A stretch of DNA of 64,000 bases from Amoebophilaceae bacterium (lineage in GTDB: Bacteria > Bacteroidota > Bacteroidia > Cytophagales > Amoebophilaceae), in contig JALOLY010000002.1 in NCBI GenBank assembly GCA_025455725.1, positions 3,963-67,962 on the forward strand, in the 5' to 3' direction. The first letter of the stretch is position 1. Each line of letters begins with the position of its first letter. Below, piece by piece: positions 43,268-52,307 of this stretch. The position numbers were made by a program, and so were the translations under genes. Under the pieces are notes generated by a model. It was not told the DNA's origin and made no database searches. It saw only the letters and a program-made list of their open reading frames with translations.

Positions 43268-44605
43268 CTACTCCGATGCAAGAGTGTCTAATGTTTCTGC
43301 GCTTACCTCTTGTGTAACCATCGTGATCTGGTCTTTAATACAGTCCATCAACTTACGTGCATGTACATCTGCATACACCCGTTTGTAGTGCTTACCATTT
43401 TCTGCCTGAAGAAAATTTTGAGTCAGCTGTGCTATATCGTCGCTCGTCGGCTGCTGTGCCCCCTCGGTGTTAGCAAAAGTGGTTTGCAACCGACGCCGAA
43501 TTTCGTCTACTACTTCCTCTTGGGTTACCTGGAGGCCATATTCTTTACTGAGTGCTGCTGCTAATAGACTCCAGCGTAGATCCCTGGCATACTGCTGGTA
43601 GTACAACCCTATCTGATCCTCGGATACCGTATCGTTGTTTTTGAGAAGCCAACTTTGGAGTAAATCATCTGGCAGTGCAATGGCTATTTCTTGCAGGAGT
43701 ATGGCTTGAATAGATCTATCCAAAAGATCGTCAGCTTTTTGTTGTTTATACTGCAGGAGCCTTATCTGAAGCTCTTGTCTGAATGCTCGTTCAGAATTGG
43801 CAACTTCTGGCCCCAGTACTTTATCAAAAAGGCCTTGTTCTAAAGGAGCAAGAGACTGCCTGTGAATTTTTTCTACCGTAAACTTGGCCACCCCACCCAG
43901 CCTCAGCATGATATCACGCATTTCCTCTGTAATACCAGTTAACGCTGTCACGACCTGAATGGCCTGCCTTAAATCAAACGTAACCTCCTCGTTAGGACTC
44001 AGACCAATGAAGGTATCACGTATACCTTCTACTACCTTTTCAATAACGATTTGGGCTTGTATTTTAAGGTCCTGCACAGGATAACATAACTCTCCATGGA
44101 TCACATCGCTAGAAGCACTTTGGGCTACTGACTCTACTTGGCCATGAATCTTGCGCATCTGCCTCACTAAGTCATCAACTGTCTGCGCTGCTACATGGCT
44201 AACCTTGTATGCCGTCACCTGGATATGCTTAGAGAGGTGACAAGAAAATGTACCCGCCGTACCGATGGTGTACGCAAACTCAAAATCACGCTGCTGCGCC
44301 CAATTGATAGCTTTATTTTTTTCGGACACGGGTATAGGCTCCCCTAAAGCATGAATCTCGTTTTCTCTTAGGTACTTCTCCAAAGACTCGACGAGCAATG
44401 CGTTCACTTCTTCAATAAGAATAGCATGGCCATACATTTGTTGTATAAGAGAGGTGGGGACACTACCAGGCCTAAATCCTTTGATACTGGCTTTCTTACT
44501 ATACTCCCTTATTCTGCTCGCCACACGGGACTTATAATCAACTTCTTCAATTTTGATGGAAATAGAAGCCTCCGTATCACTTTTCTTATAGAACGAAACT
44601 TGCAC
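43268..44605 (-). CDS. tig: Trigger factor
   Basis: N-terminal ribosome-binding motif GFRPGSVP, then PPIase-like and C-terminal domains. A GTG start at 44605 gives about 445 aa. The listed ORF extends to 44707. Confidence 0.88.
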   Translation of the reverse strand: MQVSFYKKSDTEASISIKIEEVDYKSRVASRIREYSKKASIKGFRPGSVPTSLIQQMYGHAILIEEVNALLVESLEKYLRENEIHALGEPIPVSEKNKAINWAQQRDFEFAYTIGTAGTFSCHLSKHIQVTAYKVSHVAAQTVDDLVRQMRKIHGQVESVAQSASSDVIHGELCYPVQDLKIQAQIVIEKVVEGIRDTFIGLSPNEEVTFDLRQAIQVVTALTGITEEMRDIMLRLGGVAKFTVEKIHRQSLAPLEQGLFDKVLGPEVANSERAFRQELQIRLLQYKQQKADDLLDRSIQAILLQEIAIALPDDLLQSWLLKNNDTVSEDQIGLYYQQYARDLRWSLLAAALSKEYGLQVTQEEVVDEIRRRLQTTFANTEGAQQPTSDDIAQLTQNFLQAENGKHYKRVYADVHARKLMDCIKDQITMVTQEVSAETLDTLASE

Positions 44606-44789
44606 TTTACTGAGGTATTTTGCTATCTGGAGATTAGAACATATGAATCGGGCTACGCGACCTACTCGTCTAGGTGATGGAGTGGGTCTACTGAGAGAGA
44701 CCAGCAAGCCGCAGGCGATGGACCCCGTCGTGGCTTAGTTGTAGCCTTCCTGACCGCAAAGGGATCACCCTAGATTGGTACAAATTGAG

Positions 44790-44871
44790 TGCGGATGGAG
44801 GGACTCGAACCCCCACACCTTGCGGCGCTAGATCCTAAGTCTAGTGCGTCTACCAGTTCCGCCACATCCGC
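44790..44871 (-). tRNA. tRNA-Leu (TAG)
   Basis: The reverse complement is GCGGATG...CTTAGGA anticodon loop...long variable arm...GGTTCGAGTCC...CATCCGC plus discriminator A. No CCA is encoded. Confidence 0.9.
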
Positions 44872-45037
44872 GTCAAAGCGCACGAATTTACAGCTAAATA
44901 AAAGATTATTTATACAAAAATAGTTTTTGTTTTCTTTAGCCGTGCGACTTGTAGGCATACATACTCCCGGGAACAGGTACTACATTGACGAGAACGTTTA
45001 GTTTTCATTGAGAAAGATCATAGCTATATAACATGCG

Positions 45038-47302
45038 ATGTACGATGAAGCAGCTACAGTAACGGGGACTACATACGGAAAAGTATCCAAGAAGTACCAG
45101 TTGTTGTATCAACTAGCGAGGCCAACCATGAAACCAGGTGACGATATAAATCTAAGAAAAGCTTTTCGCTTGGCTCTGGCAGCCTATCAAGAAGCCCCAT
45201 ATAGGGAAACAGCGGCCTACAAATTTCAATCAATCGAAGTAGCAACGATCATTGCCAACGATATCAGTTTAGGAGTTATCCCTATCATCTGTACACTCTT
45301 GTATGGTTCAGTGAGGAACCTCACACCCATAGAAATTGAAAAAGAGTTTGGTACCAGGGTACATCAAACTATTCGAAGGCTTACCGAGCTGGACTCCGTT
45401 ACCCAGTCGAAGGCAGTAAAAGGCGCTAAAAGCTTCGAATTTTTAATCATGGCCTTCGCAGAAGACCCCAAAGTTTGCTTGATTAAGCTGGCCGAAAACC
45501 TTTACAAGATGCGTACGCTAGCACATTTACCGCATAGGCAGCGGGCATGCACTGCGTTGCAGACAAAGCATATCTACGTACCCATAGCACATAGATTAGG
45601 GCTCAATGCTATCAAATCAGAACTTGAGGATCTGTATTTCATATTTACCAACAAAAAAGTATACCAGGCTGTCAAAGAGAATCTCAGGCATACCATCACT
45701 GCAAGAGAGCGGTTTATCCGAAGGATGAAGAAGTCTATCCAAGAAATACTAGACCAACAACCTTTTCCTTGTACCATCAAGACAAGAATCAAATCTGTAT
45801 CCTCTATCTGGAACAAAATGAAAGCCTTGGGACTATCTTTTGAACAGATATATGATATTTTTGCCCTACGAATTATTCTCGATGTTCCTGCATCCCGGGA
45901 AAAATTGAGTTGCTGGCAGGCTTATGAGGCTATAACAGGTCTCTACAAAACACACCCAAATAGGTTCAGAAATTGGTTGGGACATCCGAGAAACAATGGC
46001 TACCAGTCATTGCATACCACGATCATGAGCAACGAAGGAGTGTGGGTAGAAATACAGATACGTACTAAAAAAATGGACGAGATTGCTGAGAAAGGACATG
46101 CCGCGCATTGGAAATACAAAGAAGCCAGTAACATTGATCACATACCTGGCCTAGACACATGGCTCAATCAGATAAGAACCATACTAGAGCAAGTATCACA
46201 AGACCCAAACACACTGATCGATGCCAGTTTACGGATAGATAGCATTGAAGTGTTTACACACAAAAGCCGGCCGGTATCTCTACCGGTAGGTGCCACGGTA
46301 TTAGACTTCGCTTTTGCACTGAATACAAAATCTGGGCTTAGGTGCACAGGGGCTCAAGTTAATGACAAGCCAGTTACGTATCGTCATATTCTCAATCATG
46401 GAGACAAAGTCAGGGTAACTACTGCTGATAAGCAACAAGTCCTTGAAGATTGGCTGGACTTTGCCGTAACAGACAAAGCATACAAGACCACAAAGAAATT
46501 CTTGCAGTATGCGAATAGGAAAACCATTGCTATCGGGAGAAGACTTGTAAAAGAGCAGCTCAGACGGCTGCATTGTGCGTGGAGCGCAGAGGTTATCGCA
46601 CAACTGCTTGCATACTTTGAGGAAGAAAACGCTGAAGACTTGTACTACAAATTAGGCGAGGGTAGTATGGTTCTCGGTCAACTCAAAGATTTTCCAAACG
46701 ACTTTTACGCAACACAGGACATTCGACCTCTGCGCCCACAACTGAAGCCACTGATACAGGGTTTTAGCAACCAGGAACGGCAGCCACTTATGACCGATGG
46801 TGGAGCAGCAATTAGACATCAACTCGCGCCATGCCATAGTACCTGGCCTGATGATAGAGTCCCCGAAACCACCAAGCAACGACAAGCAGTGGTAACACAC
46901 CAAAGCGTTTGTAGCCATGCACATGACGCCACTCGGGATTCTAAAAACCCAGCAGTAGGCGAGGAATGGCCTCTCCAAAAATATTTTTTAGCAGCACTAA
47001 CTATTGAAAGTCTGAACTGTCCTCATACTATCGATAGAGTACAGCAAGTTATCCTCCAAGAAAGTTCAGTAGGCATGCCATCAACACTTATCACTACTGA
47101 ACAAGGCATCGCTTACATACGTGTTATGCTCACGCTTGACCAGCGCAGGCGCTATGCCCAGAGCATCAAAAAGATCGAGCAACTTCAAGGGGTAATTAGG
47201 GTCAACAACAGCCACGCATGGGAACAAAAGCACCCCTCAACTGAAGAACCCCCGACAAGTACTGGTAGCCTAAGAGCCTCCATACTCACCCTGAGAGCAT
47301 AG
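45038..47302 (+). CDS. relA: Long RelA/SpoT homologue, RelA-like: synthetase motifs intact, hydrolase motifs degenerate
   Basis: The synthetase motifs TRIKSVSSIWNKM, NGYQSLHTTI and VEIQIRTKKMDEIAEKGHAAHWKYKE are present, along with TGS and ACT-like regions. The HD, ED and DRLHN hydrolase motifs are replaced (see the finding for this gene). Confidence 0.88.
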   Translation: MYDEAATVTGTTYGKVSKKYQLLYQLARPTMKPGDDINLRKAFRLALAAYQEAPYRETAAYKFQSIEVATIIANDISLGVIPIICTLLYGSVRNLTPIEIEKEFGTRVHQTIRRLTELDSVTQSKAVKGAKSFEFLIMAFAEDPKVCLIKLAENLYKMRTLAHLPHRQRACTALQTKHIYVPIAHRLGLNAIKSELEDLYFIFTNKKVYQAVKENLRHTITARERFIRRMKKSIQEILDQQPFPCTIKTRIKSVSSIWNKMKALGLSFEQIYDIFALRIILDVPASREKLSCWQAYEAITGLYKTHPNRFRNWLGHPRNNGYQSLHTTIMSNEGVWVEIQIRTKKMDEIAEKGHAAHWKYKEASNIDHIPGLDTWLNQIRTILEQVSQDPNTLIDASLRIDSIEVFTHKSRPVSLPVGATVLDFAFALNTKSGLRCTGAQVNDKPVTYRHILNHGDKVRVTTADKQQVLEDWLDFAVTDKAYKTTKKFLQYANRKTIAIGRRLVKEQLRRLHCAWSAEVIAQLLAYFEEENAEDLYYKLGEGSMVLGQLKDFPNDFYATQDIRPLRPQLKPLIQGFSNQERQPLMTDGGAAIRHQLAPCHSTWPDDRVPETTKQRQAVVTHQSVCSHAHDATRDSKNPAVGEEWPLQKYFLAALTIESLNCPHTIDRVQQVILQESSVGMPSTLITTEQGIAYIRVMLTLDQRRRYAQSIKKIEQLQGVIRVNNSHAWEQKHPSTEEPPTSTGSLRASILTLRA

Positions 47303-48803
47303 AGAGTATGTCGTCAAGGTATTCTCGGTCATTAGCAAGCCTGGGTACTTTGTGCTGCTCCCCTAGCTTTCCTTGCTTCTTCAACCATCGATGGAATAAC
47401 CCGCGAGGAGCACAGTGTATAATAGGTCTAGTAAGAACCAGATCTTTGTAACGCTTCGCCTCATAGTCAGTATTAAGCTCCTTAAGAGCAGTATCTAGGG
47501 TATCAACAAAGTACGCAACATCGCTCGGGGGGTGGGCAAATTCAATGACCCACTCGTGGCTTCCCGACTTACCTGCCTCGAGGTAGCGTGGCCCCACCGT
47601 GTAGTCACTTAGCGTGGCATTGGTCAACCGGCAAGCCTTCTCTACAGCTTTCTCTACGTTATCGACAACGACCTCTTCGCCAAAAACATTGATAAAATGT
47701 TTCGTCCGACCTGCTATTGTAATTCTAAAAGGATCCAAAGAAGTGAACTTAATGGTATCCCCAATTTGGTAACGCCACAAACCAGCATTTGTGCTAATGA
47801 GCAACGCATAAACTTTGTTAAGGACTACTGCTTCGAGCCCAACGGTCTCTGGATGCTCTTTTCCTAGCTCATCCAGAGGCATAAACTCATAAAAAATGCC
47901 ATGATCTAGCAACAAGAGCATGTCCTCTGCATCTACTCGGTCTTGTACAGCAAAAAATCCCTCAGAGGCATTGTAGACTTCTAAGTAGCGTAACTCTTTT
48001 GAAGTGATGGCTTGAAACAAAGGTTTGTAAGGCCCGAAAGAAATGCCGCCATGAATAAATAACTCCAGCATAGGCCAAACATCATGGATACAACACTTGC
48101 CTTGTATAGCCAGAACCTTCTGAAGCAGTAGCAACACCCAAGTGGGTATGCCCACCATAGACGTGACGTTCTCTGTAGCAGTAGCACTTGCCAGCCTCTC
48201 TACTTTTTCTTCCCATCGGTCCATCAAAGCGATTTCCAGATTAGGCGTTCTGCTCCACTGTGCCCAAAAAGGCAAATTCTTTATAAGTACGGCTGAGACA
48301 TCGCCGTACTGCGTGCCTGACCCGGGGTGCCAATCATTGGGATACAAGCTCCCCCCTAAACCAACACTTCTGCCTTTTGCTATCTTATTGTCTGGATAGT
48401 TGTTGATGTAAATAGCAAGCATATCCTTGCCCGCCTTGTAGTGCCCCTCTTGCAACGACTCCGGCGATACCGGGATAAATTTACTCTTGGAACCGGTAGT
48501 GCCTGAGGACTTAGCAAACCACTCGGTAGGTGTAGGCCAAAGTACATTTTGTTCTCCTTGGAGGACACGCTCGATGTAGGGGTATAGCTGCTCGTAGGTG
48601 TGCGTAGGAACACGGGTTTTGAAATCTGCTACCCATTTGATAGAAGCAAAATTAAACTTCTCTCCAAAAACAGTCTTCTTGCTCTTGCTAATGAGCTGCT
48701 GCAACAACCTCTCCTGAGTTTCCAAGGGATGGCACATAAACCGCTCTAGGTGAGTCAATCGTTGCTTAATGAGCCAATTAAAAGGCCGTTGCAGTAATTT
48801 CAT
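47286..48803 (-). CDS. GH3-family (acyl-acid amido synthetase-like) protein
   Basis: 505 aa. SSGTTGSKSKFIP adenylation motif and the overall GH3 layout common in Bacteroidota. The 3' end overlaps the relA-like 3' end by 17 nt. Confidence 0.8.
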   Translation of the reverse strand: MKLLQRPFNWLIKQRLTHLERFMCHPLETQERLLQQLISKSKKTVFGEKFNFASIKWVADFKTRVPTHTYEQLYPYIERVLQGEQNVLWPTPTEWFAKSSGTTGSKSKFIPVSPESLQEGHYKAGKDMLAIYINNYPDNKIAKGRSVGLGGSLYPNDWHPGSGTQYGDVSAVLIKNLPFWAQWSRTPNLEIALMDRWEEKVERLASATATENVTSMVGIPTWVLLLLQKVLAIQGKCCIHDVWPMLELFIHGGISFGPYKPLFQAITSKELRYLEVYNASEGFFAVQDRVDAEDMLLLLDHGIFYEFMPLDELGKEHPETVGLEAVVLNKVYALLISTNAGLWRYQIGDTIKFTSLDPFRITIAGRTKHFINVFGEEVVVDNVEKAVEKACRLTNATLSDYTVGPRYLEAGKSGSHEWVIEFAHPPSDVAYFVDTLDTALKELNTDYEAKRYKDLVLTRPIIHCAPRGLFHRWLKKQGKLGEQHKVPRLANDREYLDDILSMLSG

Positions 48804-49027
48804 AGAACAAAGTATAGCGAACGAGTGTTTACCGCATCAATCCCAGGAAGAAACCGTTTGCCACGACCAAGCCTTTATAAAATCCCTCCCTATACGCACT
48901 CACTCATATCCTATGGTATTAACGGAAAGACGGTCGGGAGCCAACCATCCGACTCTGGCTGTTCTAATCTATTGAATCACGCTACAAAAACAAAGTACAC
49001 TCCAGGTGCAGGTCGACAAGCCACGAA

Positions 49028-49061
49028 GTCAATCCAGCAGTAAGCTTACTGCTGGATTGAC
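49028..49061. repeat. Perfect 34-nt palindrome (15-bp stem, AGCT centre)
   Basis: gtcaatccagcagtaAGCTtactgctggattgac was read directly and checked against its reverse complement. It lies in the 375-nt divergent region between the GH3 gene and floA. Confidence 0.95.
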
Positions 49062-49178
49062 CGTAGTTTTGCTGTCCTGAGACAGAGTCTTTGGAAGCTT
49101 CCATACTGTGGTACTATATTAGAGGCCGGCTATTCGGTCATTGTTTGTTGAGATCGTTCTAAACTTACCGTTCTCCCT

Positions 49179-50162
49179 ATGGATCCTTTATCTTCTACGT
49201 TCCTGCTCAGTGCCATCCCCATTGGCATTCTCGTATTTTTGTACTTTGTGCCTGTAAACCTATGGATCACGGCCCTATTCTCTGGAGTCCGGGTGGGGCT
49301 GTTTGAGCTAGTCTTCATGCGTATTCGGAAAGTACCTCCACGCGTTATCGTGAATTCGATGATCACGGCCACCAAAGCGGGGCTCGAAGTGACTACGTCA
49401 GAGATTGAGACACACTACTTGGCAGGCGGCCACGTTCCTTCGGTGATTCGGGCTCTTATCTCTGCCGATAAAGCCAATATCAGTCTAAACTTTAAGCAAG
49501 CCACCGCCATTGACTTAGCAGGCCGCGATGTATTTGAAGCAGTACAAATATCTGTCAACCCTAAAGTAATCAACACCCCCTCTGTGGCAGCTGTAGCGGC
49601 TGATGGTATCCAGCTAATCGCCAAGGCAAGAGTAACAGTTCGAGCCAACATACAGCAGTTGGTGGGCGGTGCTGGTGAAGAGACGATCTTGGCTAGGGTG
49701 GGAGAAGGCATTGTTACCTCTATTGGTTCTGCCCAAACACACAAGGAAGTTTTAGCCAAACCTGATCAAATTTCTAAACTGGTACTCGATCGAGGCCTTG
49801 ATGCTGGTACTGCTTTTGAAATTCTTTCCATTGATATAGCTGATGTGGATGTGGGTGATAACATTGGCGCCAAGCTACAAATAGATCAAGCCAATGCGGA
49901 CTTGAGAGTAGCAGAAGCCAAGGCAGAAGAACGTAGAGCCATGGCCGTAGCCGTGGAACAAGAAATGAAAGCCAGGTCACAAGAGGCAAGAGCACAGGTA
50001 ATTCTGGCTGAAGCTGAAATACCCAGGGCTATAGCCGAAGCTTTTAGAGAAGGGAATTTAGGCATTATGGACTACTACCGCATGCAAAACATCAAAGCAG
50101 ACACAAGCATGCGTACTGCCATTTCAACAGAGGGAAGCAGCTCGGTGCGGGAAGAGGAATAA
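49179..50162 (+). CDS. floA: Flotillin-like protein FloA (UPF0365/YqfA family)
   Basis: N-terminal TM segment and the motif [23 protein letters not shown], an SPFH-like body, and an Ala/Glu-rich C-terminal coiled coil. Confidence 0.85.
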   Translation: MDPLSSTFLLSAIPIGILVFLYFVPVNLWITALFSGVRVGLFELVFMRIRKVPPRVIVNSMITATKAGLEVTTSEIETHYLAGGHVPSVIRALISADKANISLNFKQATAIDLAGRDVFEAVQISVNPKVINTPSVAAVAADGIQLIAKARVTVRANIQQLVGGAGEETILARVGEGIVTSIGSAQTHKEVLAKPDQISKLVLDRGLDAGTAFEILSIDIADVDVGDNIGAKLQIDQANADLRVAEAKAEERRAMAVAVEQEMKARSQEARAQVILAEAEIPRAIAEAFREGNLGIMDYYRMQNIKADTSMRTAISTEGSSSVREEE

Positions 50163-50234
50163 GCTGAGGCTCCTTGTATCCCAGGATAAATGGGTTATCT
50201 CTGAAGAAAGTAAGAGTGCATCCAAGGGATATAT

Positions 50235-50753
50235 TCAGTACACTGCCTCGATAAAACCATCAGGTAGTTGCAGGGTGATGGTTTTTTGCTCGTGATTCAC
50301 GTATATGACAATGGCTTCATGGTAGGGAACGAGCAGCTCCCGACCGCAGTAGTCGATGGCCAAAAGTCTTTGCTGAGAAGGGGCATAAATAGCCCGCACA
50401 ACGCCAAGATCTCCCTCCCGAACATCTGCAACATGGTACCCAAGCAACCTATCTAGGTGGGCTACTTGAGGAAATAGCTGGGGGAGGTCCTCTCGAAGCA
50501 CAAACATGGAGCGGCCCTGTAAATAATTCGCAGACGCGGGATCGTCTACTCCTTGTAGCTTGATGATAGCTTTCCGGTACTGACAGGAGAGTCGTTCTAC
50601 ACGATAAGGAACAAGGGTATGATTTATTTGGATAAATAACATGCTCAGGTTATCAGGGTGGGTCACGTCATGGTTAAACCAAGCCACTACGTTGCCTTTG
50701 AGACCCTGCCTGCGTCTAACGACTCCCAAGATAGCGTATGCCTCAGTGTCCAT
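50235..50753 (-). CDS. rimM: 16S rRNA processing protein RimM
   Basis: 172 aa. N-terminal GVVRRRQGLKGNV (RimM domain) and a C-terminal PRC-barrel-like region. Confidence 0.88.
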   Translation of the reverse strand: MDTEAYAILGVVRRRQGLKGNVVAWFNHDVTHPDNLSMLFIQINHTLVPYRVERLSCQYRKAIIKLQGVDDPASANYLQGRSMFVLREDLPQLFPQVAHLDRLLGYHVADVREGDLGVVRAIYAPSQQRLLAIDYCGRELLVPYHEAIVIYVNHEQKTITLQLPDGFIEAVY

Positions 50754-50777
50754 GGTGTATAAGAGCGATAAAATAGC

Positions 50778-52244
50778 TTACATGTAACGTAGCACGTTTT
50801 GTAATACTTCGTTGTCGTCGAAAGGGTAACGTATCCCCTTTATTTCCTGATAAATTTCGTGCCCCTTGCCTGCTATCAGAATAATATCTTTGGATTGCGC
50901 AAGCTGGCAAGCCGACTGAATTGCCTCTACTCTATCTACAATAGAGAAGGTTTTTTGCCGCTGCACGGGCGTCATGCCTGCCTGCATATCTCGAATAATA
51001 TCTTCAGGCGCTTCGCTACGAGGATTATCAGATGTGAGCACGACACGATTGCTGAACTTCAAGGCTACCTGTGCCATGATCGGCCGCTTCTTCTTATCCC
51101 GATCACCCCCACATCCTATGACCGTAATAACATTACCCGACTTGTTTTTGATCTGAACGATAGCTTTTAATACATTTCTGAGTGCATCTGGCGTATGAGC
51201 ATAATCAATAACAACGTCAAAACCTGCCTGGGTGTGTATGTGTTGAAACCGACCCGGGACAGGGAGAAGGGCAGAAAGCGCTGTTAATGCGTCGTGTCCA
51301 TCGACCCCAAGGAGACAAGCCGTAGCATAGGCAGCAAGTATGTTATAGGCATTAAAAGTGCCGACTAACCGAAACCAGGCAGTCTGGTGGGCAATACGCA
51401 ACTCTAACCCTTGCAACGTGTTGGCAAGAATTTTTGCTGTAAAACCAGCTGAATCCTTTAGAGAAAAACTGTAGGAAGCCGCTTTGGTATTTTGTACCAT
51501 GACTGAGCCGTGCTTATCGTCTATGTTGAACAGTGCAAAGGCGTCGGCCGATAAATCGTCAAAGAGTTTTTTCTTAGCCTGGATATAGGCATCAAAGGTT
51601 TTGTGGTAATCTAGGTGGTCGTGTGTAATATTGAGGAATACAGCGCCAGCAAACTGCAACCCTGCGATACGCTTCTGCACAATAGCGTGCGAACTTGCCT
51701 CCATGAAACAATACTGGCAACCTTGCTCTACCATACGCGCCAACCAAATATTGAGCTGGATGGCATCTGGTGTTGTCAACGAAGTGGGCCACACGCGCAC
51801 ATTGATCTTATTACAGATGGTAGAAAGCATACCCACACGATAGCCCAGCCGGTTAAAGAGCCCGGCAAGCAAATGTACCGTACTTGTTTTTCCGTTGGTA
51901 CCCGTTACAGCTACCAGTCGAAGTCGGGTAGCAGGACGATCATAGAAGTTGGCAGCAATCATGCCCAAAGCCTGCTCGCTGTCTGGCACTATCACGTAGG
52001 TAACACGCTCGCTGGGTGTTTCGGAAACATGTTCACATACGATGACGGTGCTACCTGCTGCAACAGCTTCTTGAATATGATCGTGCCCGTCTGCCCTAGT
52101 ACCTTTAATAGCCACAAAAAGCGTAGCCCCCCTTACAACACGCGAATCAAAACTAATGGCCTTGACTTGTGCTGTCTGATCTCCAATGAGTCTCTTAACA
52201 ACAACGCCTTGGAGTAGCGTAGAGAGTGCGTGATACCCTTTCAA
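50778..52244 (-). CDS. murE: UDP-N-acetylmuramoyl-L-alanyl-D-glutamate--2,6-diaminopimelate ligase
   Basis: Mur ligase P-loop VTGTNGKTS and a DNPR motif (TSDNPRSE) typical of meso-DAP-adding MurE. Confidence 0.92.
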   Translation of the reverse strand: MKGYHALSTLLQGVVVKRLIGDQTAQVKAISFDSRVVRGATLFVAIKGTRADGHDHIQEAVAAGSTVIVCEHVSETPSERVTYVIVPDSEQALGMIAANFYDRPATRLRLVAVTGTNGKTSTVHLLAGLFNRLGYRVGMLSTICNKINVRVWPTSLTTPDAIQLNIWLARMVEQGCQYCFMEASSHAIVQKRIAGLQFAGAVFLNITHDHLDYHKTFDAYIQAKKKLFDDLSADAFALFNIDDKHGSVMVQNTKAASYSFSLKDSAGFTAKILANTLQGLELRIAHQTAWFRLVGTFNAYNILAAYATACLLGVDGHDALTALSALLPVPGRFQHIHTQAGFDVVIDYAHTPDALRNVLKAIVQIKNKSGNVITVIGCGGDRDKKKRPIMAQVALKFSNRVVLTSDNPRSEAPEDIIRDMQAGMTPVQRQKTFSIVDRVEAIQSACQLAQSKDIILIAGKGHEIYQEIKGIRYPFDDNEVLQNVLRYM

Positions 52245-52307
52245 CTGTTATATCCTTTCTGGTAAATAACTAGCAATCGTCTAACATGCTTGATACGGTG
52301 CAAATAT

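Noticed and set aside
51615-52217. A 200-aa ORF antisense to murE. Similar long antisense ORFs lie in gpmI (32475-32978), clpX (41751-42203), rsmH (55169-55630), mnmE (11710-12120), dcu (25881-26279) and mutS (62010-62402).
   Set aside because: They sit fully inside strongly supported conserved genes, have no recognisable motifs, and are expected by chance from stop-codon depletion on the antisense strand of coding DNA.
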